Assembly: GCA_947385945.1 (NCBI GenBank)
Contig: CANDMY010000006.1
Coordinates: 64,001 to 97,352 of the forward strand
Direction of reading: 5' to 3'
From: an uncultured Clostridia bacterium
GTDB lineage: Bacteria; Bacillota; Clostridia; Lachnospirales; Lachnospiraceae
Length of the DNA stretch: 33,352 bases
Below the pieces are notes generated by a model. The model searched no databases. It saw only the letters and a program-made list of their open reading frames with translations, and was not told where the DNA came from. The first letter of the stretch is position 1. Each line of letters starts with the position of its first letter. This document shows, piece after piece, positions 1 through 9,438 of this stretch. The position numbers and the translations under genes were made by a program.

Positions 1-313
1 AACTAGAATTTCCATAAACCACGACCTTTTCCGGCGTTGTCCCCATAATATCCGCCATCAGCCTTTTCGCCTCTAAAATTCCGTCCATCGCACCATAATT
101 TCTGCTGTCAAACCCTTCCTCCGTCTGATAATCCGACTGACTGTCCAAAACATCCATCATCCCCATAATACTATTAAGCTGTGATATTCCAGGCTTCCCC
201 CTAGACATATCCAACTGAAATCCCATCTTCTTTACCTCTTTATACCGCTGCTCCAACTCAGCCTGCAGTTCCAACAACTCTTCTCTCGCTCTATCCTGAT
301 ACGCCTTTTTCAT
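1..313 (-). CDS. PLP-dependent aminotransferase (class I/II fold), N-terminal ~104 codons only; gene runs off the left edge
   Basis: Minus-strand translation from ATG (complement of 311-313) reads MKKAYQDRAREELLELQAELEQRYKEVKKMGFQLDMSRGKPGISQLNSIM.... GGAGAGG Shine-Dalgarno ~8 nt upstream. Open to the window edge, so it is absent from the ORF track. Confidence 0.55.
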   Translation of the reverse strand, partial: MKKAYQDRAREELLELQAELEQRYKEVKKMGFQLDMSRGKPGISQLNSIMGMMDVLDSQSDYQTEEGFDSRNYGAMDGILEAKRLMADIMGTTPEKVVVYGNSS

Positions 314-479
314 TCCATTCCTCTCCTTATACAATACTCCCTTTTTTTGCAAGTCCAAATCTAAAAACTTTCATTTTCTTAAAAAACTTCTTTATATTCT
401 AGATGATTATGGAAGAATTGTCAAGATTAAACTGCAAACCATTCCGCAAATCCAACCTACCGACAGAAAAAAACAGCCG

Positions 480-718
480 GAGCGGGGGAGTGATTCCGTT
501 CTGCTGTGACTTCGGAGGAAAGTTAGAAGCCCTTAGACTTCTGTCGATCCACTAGGATTTTTTGCCATTCCCGAATGGCAAAAAAAGGGGTGTGTTTAGC
601 CCGCTGTACAGGCGAATTGCACCCCGATCCGTCCGGCTGGATACACCGAAATTCAGAAGTCTTAGAGCTTCTTACTTTCCAGAGAGCGGAACAGCAGAAT
701 GGAATCACTCCCCCACTC
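480..718 (+). repeat. Copy 1 of a ~235-nt long imperfect-palindrome element: ~185-nt conserved core (about 507-693) inside a private outer stem; candidate structured ncRNA or hairpin-resident non-autonomous mobile element
   Basis: 5' arm gagcgggggagtgattccgttctgctg pairs with 3' arm cagcagaatggaatcactcccccactc. The core is ~90% identical to 21590-21770 and, in inverted orientation, to 18650-18850. An internal hairpin gccattcccgaatggc lies at 564-579. Confidence 0.7.
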
Positions 719-751
719 CAGCGTCCCCTTCTATTTTTTACTCCAAGCAAA

Positions 752-1684
752 TCATGAAAACACCCCCGGATAAAGCATCCGAGCAATCTGCTCAACCGCA
801 TCCGCATTTCGATCACACTGCCGATTCAGCAAATTTTCATCTATCATATAAACCCTCCCTTCCTTCACCGCCCGAAGCCCTACATAAGGCTCCGTCTCAA
901 CAAATCCCTCATAATCCGCCTCCGAAACAAGGATCACATCCGGATCCGCTTCCAACAGCTTTTCCAAAGAATAACTCCACCCACTCACTTCTTCCGCCAC
1001 ATTCCGTCCACCCGCTGCAGTCAAAATTTCATGAATAAACGTATCTCCCCCCGCCGTATAATCCCCGCCATCTCCATATCCAACCACATAATAAACCGAA
1101 ATCGGCTCCACTTCTGCTACCTTTTCTTCCACAGCAGCAATCCGCTTCTGCATATCCTCCACAATTTCCAAAGCACGTCCCTTTTGATTAAAAACCGCCC
1201 CCAGCGTATCAATCAAACGATAGACCCCTTCTAACTCATTCTCCTCATGCAAAACCAGCACCGAAATCCCGACCGCTTCCAACTTCTCCTTTGTCTCATC
1301 CAAAAAATGAGTTGAAGCAATCACCAAATCCGGCTCCAAACTAATGATCTTCTCTACATCTGGTGTATAAAGCGTGCCAATTGTATCCACGGAAAGAACC
1401 TCTTTCGGATAATCACAATAATCCGTCCGCCCCACCAACTTCTCCTGCACTCCAAGCGAATAAAGCAATTCCGTTATATTAGGTCCTACCGAAACCACCC
1501 GCAAAGGTTCCGCCTCCAAAACAAGCTCTTCTCCCCCTGCTCCCTGTACCGTAACAGGATACCCCTCTTCTATTCTCTCTGTCGAATCCACCCCTCCTTT
1601 ATTTGCTTTCTCTAACTCCTTTCCGCATCCAGCCAGCCCCAAAATCAAAAGCCCGCAGAAAATTCCTAACCATATCCTTTTCAT
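752..1684 (-). CDS. ABC transporter substrate-binding lipoprotein, iron-siderophore/cobalamin (FecB/BtuF/TroA-like) class
   Basis: Signal peptide with lipobox (LILGLAGCGKE). The segment VVSVGPNITELLYSLGVQEKLVGRTDYCDYPKE is typical of class III periplasmic binding proteins. SD GAGGG upstream of the ATG. Confidence 0.75.
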   Translation of the reverse strand: MKRIWLGIFCGLLILGLAGCGKELEKANKGGVDSTERIEEGYPVTVQGAGGEELVLEAEPLRVVSVGPNITELLYSLGVQEKLVGRTDYCDYPKEVLSVDTIGTLYTPDVEKIISLEPDLVIASTHFLDETKEKLEAVGISVLVLHEENELEGVYRLIDTLGAVFNQKGRALEIVEDMQKRIAAVEEKVAEVEPISVYYVVGYGDGGDYTAGGDTFIHEILTAAGGRNVAEEVSGWSYSLEKLLEADPDVILVSEADYEGFVETEPYVGLRAVKEGRVYMIDENLLNRQCDRNADAVEQIARMLYPGVFS

Positions 1685-1760
1685 CTTCTTAACCCTCTTC
1701 TCTCTATTTGCCTCTTTATTCCTTTTTCACTACAGTACAATACTATCATAACCCATTCCG

Positions 1761-4004
1761 CTATATCCGCAGCTTCGTTCCTTTTTCATCCCGCTTTGCC
1801 TCTTTTACTCTTGCCACTGCTATCCCCTTACTTCGAAAATCAAAAAACTCCTGTCCGCCTTTTAACAGCGACACCCACTCCAAATAATCCTTTTCTGCCA
1901 TCTTCATCCCATGTACTCCCAATGCACTTTTTCTCTTTTCCGGCACCTCTTCCAAAGCAAACCGCAAAAAATACCCTCCATGAGAATAAAGCAGCACTTC
2001 TCTATCCTCCTCTAAAACCGGGCAAACACAAACTACACTGTCCTGCTCTTCTAATTTCGTTGCCAAAATAGTCTTTCGATTTACATCAAATTCAGAAGCG
2101 TTTACCAACTTTACCATTCCGCTTTTCGTAGCAAAAAAAAGTTTCCTCTCTCGAATAGAAGAAAATGTAAAAATTCCAACAATTGCCTCTCCTGCACTAG
2201 AATAATTTCCCAAATTATCAATCGGCTGTCCCTTATCTCTTAATTTTCCAAAAGGAATATCTAACATCTTAATCTGATGCATACTGCCCGTATCGGTAAA
2301 AATACAAATCTTATCGGTATTCATACAGCGAAAGACATACTTATTCTCATGTTCCACCGTCTCTGCATTTCTCTCATAAGTCGAAAGATCCATGGTTTTC
2401 GCATAACCAAACCGATCCATCGTAAAGACAATCTCCTGTTCGGCAATCGGTGCTTCCTCGTAAACCGCTGCCTGTGCATTTAAAATGGCTGTCTTTCGTT
2501 CCAATGAAAACTCTTTTCGAATCACTTCCAAATCTTTTCGAATTACTCTCAGCATAGAAGTATGATTCTCCAAAATATCCGTATACTGTGCAATATTTTT
2601 TACAATCTCTTTATACTCTTTCTCCAGTGCCTGAATCTCCAATCCCACCAGTTTTTGCAGCCGGAGTTCTAAAATAGCAGAAGCCTGTGCTTCCGTAAAA
2701 TTTAATTTTGCAGCCGCCTTTTCAGAAGCCTGTTTTTTAAACTGAATTTTACTGGTATCTCCATACACCAAGCATTTTCTAACCTCTTTTACCGAACGGC
2801 TTCCCCGTATAATCTCAATCAGCAAATCTAAAATATCATAGGCACGTATCAGCCCCTCTTTTATCTCCTTTTTTTCCAGCTCTTTTTTTAATAAATACTG
2901 ATATTTTCTGGAAGCCAATTCAATCTGAAAATCCAAATGATGGCGAAGAATTTCACGCAGCCCCAATTTTTCCGGCTTTCCATTTACAATTGTCAGCATA
3001 TTTACTCCAAACGTATCCTCTAATTTTGTCTTTTTATAGAGCAGGTTCGAAAGTTTTTCTATATCGGTATTCTTTTTTAATTCCAATACAATCCGAATTC
3101 CCTCTTTGGAACTCTGATTTAAAATATCCACAATATCTGTTGTCTTTTTCGCTTCTACCAATCCCGCAATATCGGCAAGAAGTTTTCCTAAATTACTTCC
3201 AATTAAAGTATAAGGAATCTCTGTAATTACTAATTTATCCCGTTCATTTTTCTTTTTTGCCGGCTCAAACTCCAATTTCCCGCGAACTTTAATCTTTCCG
3301 CTGCCAGTCTCATAGATTTCTGCTAACTCCTTTTGATTAATTACAATCCCTCCGGTCGGAAAATCCGGTCCTTTTATATACTCCATCAATTCTTCTGTAC
3401 TAATTTCGTCATTTTCTATAAATGCCTCTACTGCAGAAATCACTTCTCCTAAATTATGAGGCGGAATCGAAGTCACCATTCCAACTGCAATTCCGTCCGC
3501 TCCGTTTATCAAGATATTGGGGACCCGAACTGGAAGCACTTCTGGTTCCTTTTCCGTTTCATCAAAATTGGGCAGAAAATCAATTACATTTTTATCTAAA
3601 TCCTTAAGATAGACCTCCTGCGTAAATTTTTTTAATCGTGCCTCGGTATAACGCATAGCGGCTGCAGAATCTCCCTCAATCGATCCAAAATTTCCATGCC
3701 CGTCCACCAAAGCCATTCCCTTTTTAAAGTCCTGCTCCATTACAACCAGTGCCTCATAAATCGAGCTGTCCCCATGGGGATGATATTTTCCCATGGTATC
3801 ACCAACAATTCTTGCCGATTTTCGATGCGGCTTATCAAAGTTTAATCCCAACTCATGCATTGCATATAAAACCCGGCGCTGCACCGGCTTTAACCCGTCC
3901 CGCACATCCGGCACGGCACGAGCTGTAATTACACTCATTGCATAATCTACAAAACTTTTCTGCATTACATCTGCAAACTCTGTGCTAATAATTTGTTCTG
4001 CCAT
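1761..4004 (-). CDS. parC: Type IIA topoisomerase subunit A (GyrA/ParC family); short at ~747 aa, so most likely topoisomerase IV ParC
   Basis: N-terminus MAEQIISTEFADVMQKSFVDYAMSVITARAVPDVRDGLKPVQRRVLYAMHELGL is the canonical GyrA/ParC start. The start is moved to the internal ATG (aa 7 of the track ORF), which has a strong GGAGAGGGAA SD. It lies downstream of the B subunit, as in parE-parC operons. Assignment to ParC rather than GyrA is an inference from length and operon order. Confidence 0.8.
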   Translation of the reverse strand: MAEQIISTEFADVMQKSFVDYAMSVITARAVPDVRDGLKPVQRRVLYAMHELGLNFDKPHRKSARIVGDTMGKYHPHGDSSIYEALVVMEQDFKKGMALVDGHGNFGSIEGDSAAAMRYTEARLKKFTQEVYLKDLDKNVIDFLPNFDETEKEPEVLPVRVPNILINGADGIAVGMVTSIPPHNLGEVISAVEAFIENDEISTEELMEYIKGPDFPTGGIVINQKELAEIYETGSGKIKVRGKLEFEPAKKKNERDKLVITEIPYTLIGSNLGKLLADIAGLVEAKKTTDIVDILNQSSKEGIRIVLELKKNTDIEKLSNLLYKKTKLEDTFGVNMLTIVNGKPEKLGLREILRHHLDFQIELASRKYQYLLKKELEKKEIKEGLIRAYDILDLLIEIIRGSRSVKEVRKCLVYGDTSKIQFKKQASEKAAAKLNFTEAQASAILELRLQKLVGLEIQALEKEYKEIVKNIAQYTDILENHTSMLRVIRKDLEVIRKEFSLERKTAILNAQAAVYEEAPIAEQEIVFTMDRFGYAKTMDLSTYERNAETVEHENKYVFRCMNTDKICIFTDTGSMHQIKMLDIPFGKLRDKGQPIDNLGNYSSAGEAIVGIFTFSSIRERKLFFATKSGMVKLVNASEFDVNRKTILATKLEEQDSVVCVCPVLEEDREVLLYSHGGYFLRFALEEVPEKRKSALGVHGMKMAEKDYLEWVSLLKGGQEFFDFRSKGIAVARVKEAKRDEKGTKLRI

Positions 4005-4069
4005 CACACATTCCCTCTCCATTTTGTTTCTATCTTATCAATCCTTTTATCCTCGGATTTCGCCCTTTT

Positions 4070-5989
4070 TTATGCATCGATTTCCGCTTCTTTAGCATGT
4101 CTGTAGATAAATTCTCTTCGAAGCGGCACATCACTTCCCATTAAAATAGAAGTTACATCCGATGCCATCTTTCCATCTTCAATCTCTACCCGCCGTAACA
4201 TTCGAGTCTCTGGATTTAAAGTAGTCTCCCAAAGCTGTGCCGCATCCATCTCTCCTAACCCTTTATATCGCTGCAAAATAAAATTTTTATGACTCTTTCG
4301 ATACTTCTCCAATGCCTTATCATCATAGAGATACTCTTCCGGTCCCCTTTGAGGTACTGCTTTATAAAGCGGCGGCATAGCAAGATAGACATGTCCCTCA
4401 TAGATTAACTCCGGCATAAACCGATAAAACAGGGTTAAAAGCAATGTACTGATATGTGCCCCATCCACATCGGCATCTGCCATAATAATAATCTTATGAT
4501 AACGCAGTTTCGAAATATCAAAATCATTTCCATACCCCTCAGAAAACCCACAGCCAAATGCCAATATCATGGTTTGAATCTCTGCATTGGCAAGTACTTT
4601 ATCCATCGTTGCTTTTTCCACATTCAATATCTTTCCCCGAATCGGCAGAATTGCCTGATAAAGCCGATTTCTAGCCATCTTTGCCGAACCGCCTGCCGAA
4701 TCCCCTTCCACAATAAAAATCTCACACTTGGAAGCATCCCGGCTTTCACAATTTGCCAATTTCCCATTGGAATCAAATGAAAACTTCGGTTTTACCAACA
4801 TATTGGTCTTTGCCTTCTCTTCCGCTTTTCGAATCTTTGCCGATTTCTCGGCACATCCAATTACATTTTTTAAAATTTCTAGATTTTTATCAAAAAATAA
4901 CTGCAATTCTTCACTGGTAATCTGCGAAGCTGCCTTTGTTGCATCTGGATTATCCAACTTGGTCTTGGTCTGCCCTTCAAACCGTGGATCGGGATGTTTA
5001 ATAGAGACCACTGCTGTCATACCGTTCCGAACATCTGCCCCGGTAAAATTTGCATCTCTCTCCTTTAAAATTCCCAGTTCCCGTGCATAATTATTAATTA
5101 CCGTTGTAAAGCTGGTCTTAAACCCGGTTAGATGCGTTCCCCCTTCTTGTGTATAAATATTATTACAGAATCCCAAAATATTTTCCTGAAAATCATTGAT
5201 ATATTGAAATGCTGCATCCACCACAATCTGTTCCGACTCCCCATGAAAAGCAATCACATCATGTATCGTCTCTTTCCCGTCATTTAAGGCACGCACAAAC
5301 CCCCGAATTCCCTCCTTTTCATGAAACACCGCCTTTTCTTCCTCTCCAGGACGTCTGTTTTCAAAATAAATCGTCAATTCTGGATTCAAATAAGCAGTTT
5401 CATGCAGCCTGCTTTTCACTGCATCCGCTTTAAAATAAATCTTATCAAAAATCTCCTCATCCGGCAAAAAATTAACCACTGTTCCCGTCTGTCTGGTCTT
5501 TCCGATAATCGGTAGCAGCCCGTCCACTAATTCTACAACTGGAACTCCTCTTTCATAGCGGTCATGGTGAATTCCGCCATCCTTAAAAACCTGTACATCC
5601 AGATAAGCCGACAGAGCATTTACCACAGAAGACCCCACTCCATGCAGTCCTCCGCTGGTCTTATAAGCCCCGTCTCCAAATTTTCCCCCTGCATGAAGTG
5701 TCGTATAGACAATTCGTGCCGCTGGAAGCCCTTTCGGATGCATATCTACAGGAACCCCACGTCCATTGTCCTTAATTGTAGCAGAACCGTCTTTCTCCAA
5801 TGTCACCCAGATCGAATCACAATATCCGTTCAAATGTTCATCCACTGCATTATCTACAATCTCATAAATCAGATGATTTAATCCCTTTACCGATACACTC
5901 CCAATATACATTCCCGGTCGTTTTCTTACCGCTTCTAACCCTTCCAACACGGTTATATTCTGTGCATTGTAAGTATCCTTCGCTCCCAC
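4070..5989 (-). CDS. parE: Type IIA topoisomerase subunit B (GyrB/ParE family); likely ParE
   Basis: N-terminus ...YNAQNITVLEGLEAVRKRPGMYIGS (GHKL ATPase), then TOPRIM and C-terminal domain. GTG start with AGGAAG SD. Immediately upstream of the A subunit. Confidence 0.8.
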   Translation of the reverse strand: MGAKDTYNAQNITVLEGLEAVRKRPGMYIGSVSVKGLNHLIYEIVDNAVDEHLNGYCDSIWVTLEKDGSATIKDNGRGVPVDMHPKGLPAARIVYTTLHAGGKFGDGAYKTSGGLHGVGSSVVNALSAYLDVQVFKDGGIHHDRYERGVPVVELVDGLLPIIGKTRQTGTVVNFLPDEEIFDKIYFKADAVKSRLHETAYLNPELTIYFENRRPGEEEKAVFHEKEGIRGFVRALNDGKETIHDVIAFHGESEQIVVDAAFQYINDFQENILGFCNNIYTQEGGTHLTGFKTSFTTVINNYARELGILKERDANFTGADVRNGMTAVVSIKHPDPRFEGQTKTKLDNPDATKAASQITSEELQLFFDKNLEILKNVIGCAEKSAKIRKAEEKAKTNMLVKPKFSFDSNGKLANCESRDASKCEIFIVEGDSAGGSAKMARNRLYQAILPIRGKILNVEKATMDKVLANAEIQTMILAFGCGFSEGYGNDFDISKLRYHKIIIMADADVDGAHISTLLLTLFYRFMPELIYEGHVYLAMPPLYKAVPQRGPEEYLYDDKALEKYRKSHKNFILQRYKGLGEMDAAQLWETTLNPETRMLRRVEIEDGKMASDVTSILMGSDVPLRREFIYRHAKEAEIDA

Positions 5990-6252
5990 GTTTCCATCTT
6001 CCTTTCTTTTTTCTGATTCCTCTCTATTATCCGAAAGCCATTTCTAACTTACTCTACCACAACCTTTTCTTTTTTTCCAGTGAATTTACGATATTTTAAT
6101 AATTTTTTCGACCATTTGTTCGAATTGTGATTTTCTTCTCCCTTTTTCTACAGAAAAATACAGGTTCTCTTTAAAATCCCCATAAAAATATCCCCCATTT
6201 TTCCCGCTTATAAAATCCCTTTCATAAACCTAACCTTAAACTAAACTCTATG

Positions 6253-6372
6253 TCAAATCGGATATTCGCAATCCGCTTCGCTGCTTGCTCATAACCTCAT
6301 CAAGGAAGTCCCAACCCACCGCTTTCGCCTTGGCGGCTTAGAAGCGGGGGACTTCCTCGATGAGGTTAAACC
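6253..6372 (+). repeat. Copy A of a modular intergenic repeat (BOX/REP-like): 5' module tcaaatcggatattcgcaatccgcttcgct(g/a)cttgctcataacctcat, then a 3' hairpin module
   Basis: Shares the 5' module with 8381-8426, 16513-16629 and 21263-21425. Shares the 3' module (caaggaagtccc ... cgccttggcggcttagaagcgggggacttcc ... gatgaggttaaa) with 16513-16629 and 21263-21425. The terminal stem aacctcatcaaggaagtccc / gggacttcctcgatgaggtt is self-complementary. Confidence 0.75.
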
Positions 6373-6394
6373 AAGATCGAATTCAACCAAAATA

Positions 6395-6432
6395 AAAAGT
6401 TCTGAAAATAAATTACTTTCAGAACCTTTTGT
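6395..6432 (-). terminator. Rho-independent terminator downstream of the HD-GYP gene (hairpin gttctgaaa...tttcagaac with flanking T runs; could work in both directions)
   Basis: Perfect inverted repeat gttctgaaaataaattactttcagaac, followed by T-rich runs on both strands. Confidence 0.5.
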
Positions 6433-6464
6433 TTATCTCTTTTTATTTTTCCTCTTTCCCTCTT

Positions 6465-7178
6465 TTACTTCCACCAAGCACAATTTCCTCCTTGGAAAGC
6501 TGTCTTAAACGCCGAACTGACATAAGGATCATATCGAGTCGAACGCACAATATAATAAAGTGAATCCTGCACACTGCTCTTTGTATGATAAGGACGACTG
6601 GAAGTCAATGCATCAAACGTATCACAAACTGCTAATATACGAGCACACAACGGAATCTGCTCCCCATTATAATTCAGCGGATATCCCCCGCCGCAGAACC
6701 GTTCATGATGCATCAACACACCAAATAAAATATCGGAGTCCTTCTCAACCTCAGAAAGAAGTCGGTATGCATAGATTGGATGCTTACGAATCTGAATCAT
6801 CTCTTTTTCGGAAACGCCACATGGTTTTCTTAAAATATCAGTTCCTACCATCACTTTTCCAATATCATGGAGTACACCAGCTATTACAATTTTCTCAAAC
6901 TCAGTATCACTCAAATCCATAATCTTCGCTGTAACCCCAGCAAGTAACCCCACACCGATTAAATGATAAAAAGTCTCCCCGTCAAATTCCCTTACCGTTT
7001 CAATCAGATAAGCATATTTCCCATACTTTTCATCTTCCTTTTCTGCCCCTAAAATCTTACGAAGCAGAGCCGTTACCGGTTCTAGCAATTCTGGATCAAA
7101 ATCAATTTCATATTCAGAAACCACTATACTCAGAGCACGAAGTCTGCTGTCTTTTGGTGTAATTTTCATTTGTTCCAT
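6465..7178 (-). CDS. HD-GYP domain protein (putative c-di-GMP phosphodiesterase)
   Basis: Motifs GVLHDIGK and HHERFCGGGYP (HD ... GYP signature). AAAGGAGAAG SD before the ATG. Confidence 0.8.
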   Translation of the reverse strand: MEQMKITPKDSRLRALSIVVSEYEIDFDPELLEPVTALLRKILGAEKEDEKYGKYAYLIETVREFDGETFYHLIGVGLLAGVTAKIMDLSDTEFEKIVIAGVLHDIGKVMVGTDILRKPCGVSEKEMIQIRKHPIYAYRLLSEVEKDSDILFGVLMHHERFCGGGYPLNYNGEQIPLCARILAVCDTFDALTSSRPYHTKSSVQDSLYYIVRSTRYDPYVSSAFKTAFQGGNCAWWK

Positions 7179-7604
7179 AATTCTTCTCCTTTCTTACGCA
7201 TATCCTAAAACAATCTCAAAATCCTCCCATAGAGTTATTGTATCACAATTTTCTAAAGAAGGAAATATTTATTACAATTTTATTTTAAATCCCTTAAAAA
7301 ATAATTGAATCATCCCCTTTCCCTAATCTTTCCAATCAATTTTTCATATAAAACTATTTCTAATAAAAAAATATTATATTTTTTATTAATATATCCTTTT
7401 TTACTATATAGCCTTAAAAAAATTATCATTTTTATTGTAACCTATCCTATTCTTTTTCTTTGTCCTGCCTACTGTCTTTGCTCATAAATCTATTCCTTTA
7501 CATAAAAATAGAACATATAGACTCGTTTTCTATATGCTCTCATACGGTGTTATTATTCCATTATGATTATGACAATATTGGTTTAAATAAACTGACATTA
7601 GATA

Positions 7605-8222
7605 CTATTTGTTATATCCAAGTTCAGTAGGCAGATTATCCCAAAGTACTGTTCTCGTCTTACTTTCTCTTAATTTTTCTAATATCTTTATATCAGGATT
7701 AGGATATACTATAAAACTATCCGATTCTCCCATTTGAGAACGAATGGGAAATGCAAGCTGTTCCTTTTCTATTGAAAACTGTGCATTTACACCGATTTTA
7801 TTTCCTCTCGCATCAAGCCTTATCCATTTTTTACAGTCTTTTATATATACGCCGTTTAATCCATGATAAATTAAGACAGGAGCTTTTTCATCATCTAAAA
7901 TTAATTTTTGATAACAAAAACCTGCCGGAACAGATTTACATCGTAATAATGCTGCCAATAAGTGAGATTTAGCAAAGCAAATTCCATGACCGGCTTTTAG
8001 CACTTCCGAAGCAGCACATGTAATGACATCTTCATTTATATCTGCTGAATGTAAAATATTATCTCTGACAAATTCATAAGTTATTTTAATGAAATCAATT
8101 TCATTACTTGCTTTCCTAAATAATTTATCAGCCAATTCTATAATATCTTCATTATCATAATCAACCACATTATCCTGTTTTAAATATTCGTCAACTTTAT
8201 TTGAATATAAAACTACATTCAT
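7605..8222 (-). CDS. Transglutaminase-like (papain-fold Cys-His-Asp) domain protein
   Basis: GHGICFAKSHLLAALLRCKSVPAGF matches the transglutaminase-like core (C nucleophile). Downstream YHGLNGVYI supplies the His and WIRLDARG the Asp. The start is moved to the internal ATG (MNVVLYS...), preceded by a GGAGGA SD. The longer track ORF begins at a GTG with no SD. Confidence 0.65.
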   Translation of the reverse strand: MNVVLYSNKVDEYLKQDNVVDYDNEDIIELADKLFRKASNEIDFIKITYEFVRDNILHSADINEDVITCAASEVLKAGHGICFAKSHLLAALLRCKSVPAGFCYQKLILDDEKAPVLIYHGLNGVYIKDCKKWIRLDARGNKIGVNAQFSIEKEQLAFPIRSQMGESDSFIVYPNPDIKILEKLRESKTRTVLWDNLPTELGYNK

Positions 8223-8380
8223 TTTTTCCTCCATAGAAGCCATTGCGAGAATAATCTTTATTTTTCTCTGGTAATGGTTCACCTTTTGCCAATCTTTAAA
8301 TAATATCTTCTATCCATTTTGTATCATACTACCTCTTTTTTTAGTATATCAAAAAAGAAGACATTCACAATTTATCAAAA

Positions 8381-8426
8381 TCAAATCGGATATTCGCAAT
8401 CCGCTTTGCTACTTGCTCATAACCTA
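8381..8426 (+). repeat. Copy B (5' module only) of the modular intergenic repeat
   Basis: tcaaatcggatattcgcaatccgctttgctacttgctcataacct matches the 5' module of the other copies. The 3' module is absent. Confidence 0.65.
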
Positions 8427-8448
8427 TACTTGTTTTTCCATTTCTATT

Positions 8449-8907
8449 CTACTTTTGTTCAGAATGACATAAAATATACATTTTTCCATTCTTATCTACT
8501 AACCTTAAATTTCTAACAAAACTCTCATCATCTGGAATTTTTATATTAAGTTTATGCCATTTCATATCAACTTCATAAATTAAATGATCAAACATAGTAG
8601 CACTCATAATAAACTGGTACGGTGTTATTCCCAAATTATTACTTACAATGATTGACATATGATTAAATATCAAATCACCAACTGACAATGTTACAGAATA
8701 TAAATCCCCCCATAATTTCCCACCAAACCCTGAAAATGAAACCTTACGATTTTGTGACTCTCCACCAAATTCTTCTTCTAACAATTCCTTTCCGCCTGTC
8801 CATATTGGAATAAAAGCACCTGTATCAAGTAAAGCAGTTAATCCCGATTGTAATAATACCATTGGTCTTTGCTGTTTTTTATCTAAATTTAATGTTATCT
8901 GTTTCAT
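8449..8907 (-). CDS. Retropepsin-like (clan AA) aspartic protease domain protein, paralog 1
   Basis: LLDTGAFIPIW contains the hydrophobic-hydrophobic-D-T-G-A active-site signature. The downstream Gly-rich segment FSGFGGKLWG resembles a retropepsin flap. About 45% identical to the 9439-9912 product. The start is set at the internal MKQITLNL, which aligns with the MKQFTLHL start of the paralog. Confidence 0.6.
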   Translation of the reverse strand: MKQITLNLDKKQQRPMVLLQSGLTALLDTGAFIPIWTGGKELLEEEFGGESQNRKVSFSGFGGKLWGDLYSVTLSVGDLIFNHMSIIVSNNLGITPYQFIMSATMFDHLIYEVDMKWHKLNIKIPDDESFVRNLRLVDKNGKMYILCHSEQK

Positions 8908-9438
8908 GATAACATCTCTATCATTCCTAATGAAAATGCATGATCGGATACGCAGCAGGTATGCTATCTTATATTTGGATAGTATGGGTATGTTTCTATG
9001 CAATATGGTAAGGCTATATACCTATGCTAGTAAACTGAAATATCTTTTTCAGGCTATATCGGTCTGCGAGTTTAACCATAACTACTTATACCATAAAATT
9101 CTTTGAATTTCTATTTCGGAGTAAATTTCCTACTTTCTATACTTCTGTTTTCATTCACTTGTAACATTACAAAAACATCATAAAATAATTCTCACTATAT
9201 CCTCAATATCATACTGTAACTCGAACTCAACGTGTCCTTTGTTTCTATTAACTATATTTGTTTAAATTTTATACAAATACACACCATTTTTTACTTCCAT
9301 TACATCATTTATTCTAGCTTGCTAATTCTGTTCTTGTAAAATATTTTTTTATCGATTCACAAATTTTATTTTTGTCTTAATCACCCCTCTTCCTCTTTTC
9401 ACACTCTCTAAAAAAGAAATGAAATCTTCATATTTCCT

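Noticed and set aside
480-718. The long palindrome could be SRP RNA (long-hairpin scRNA), 6S RNA, tmRNA or RNase P RNA.
   Set aside because: It lacks the SRP domain IV motif (GGAAGGAAGCAGC-like), the tmRNA termini, the RNase P conserved core and a 6S central bubble. It is present in three copies in both orientations, which would be unusual for a housekeeping RNA. Without Rfam this remains a judgement, not proof.
523-1038. Track ORFs 523-816(-), 562-1038(+) and 575-757(+), plus the analogous 21603-21788(-) and the 5' part of 18752-19288(+), run through the long palindrome copies and give similar peptides.
   Set aside because: The peptide similarity just reflects nucleotide conservation of the repeat. 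There is no conserved start codon or RBS, and amino-acid differences fall exactly on compensatory stem positions. The 562-1038 ORF is also antisense to the well-supported ABC binding-protein gene.
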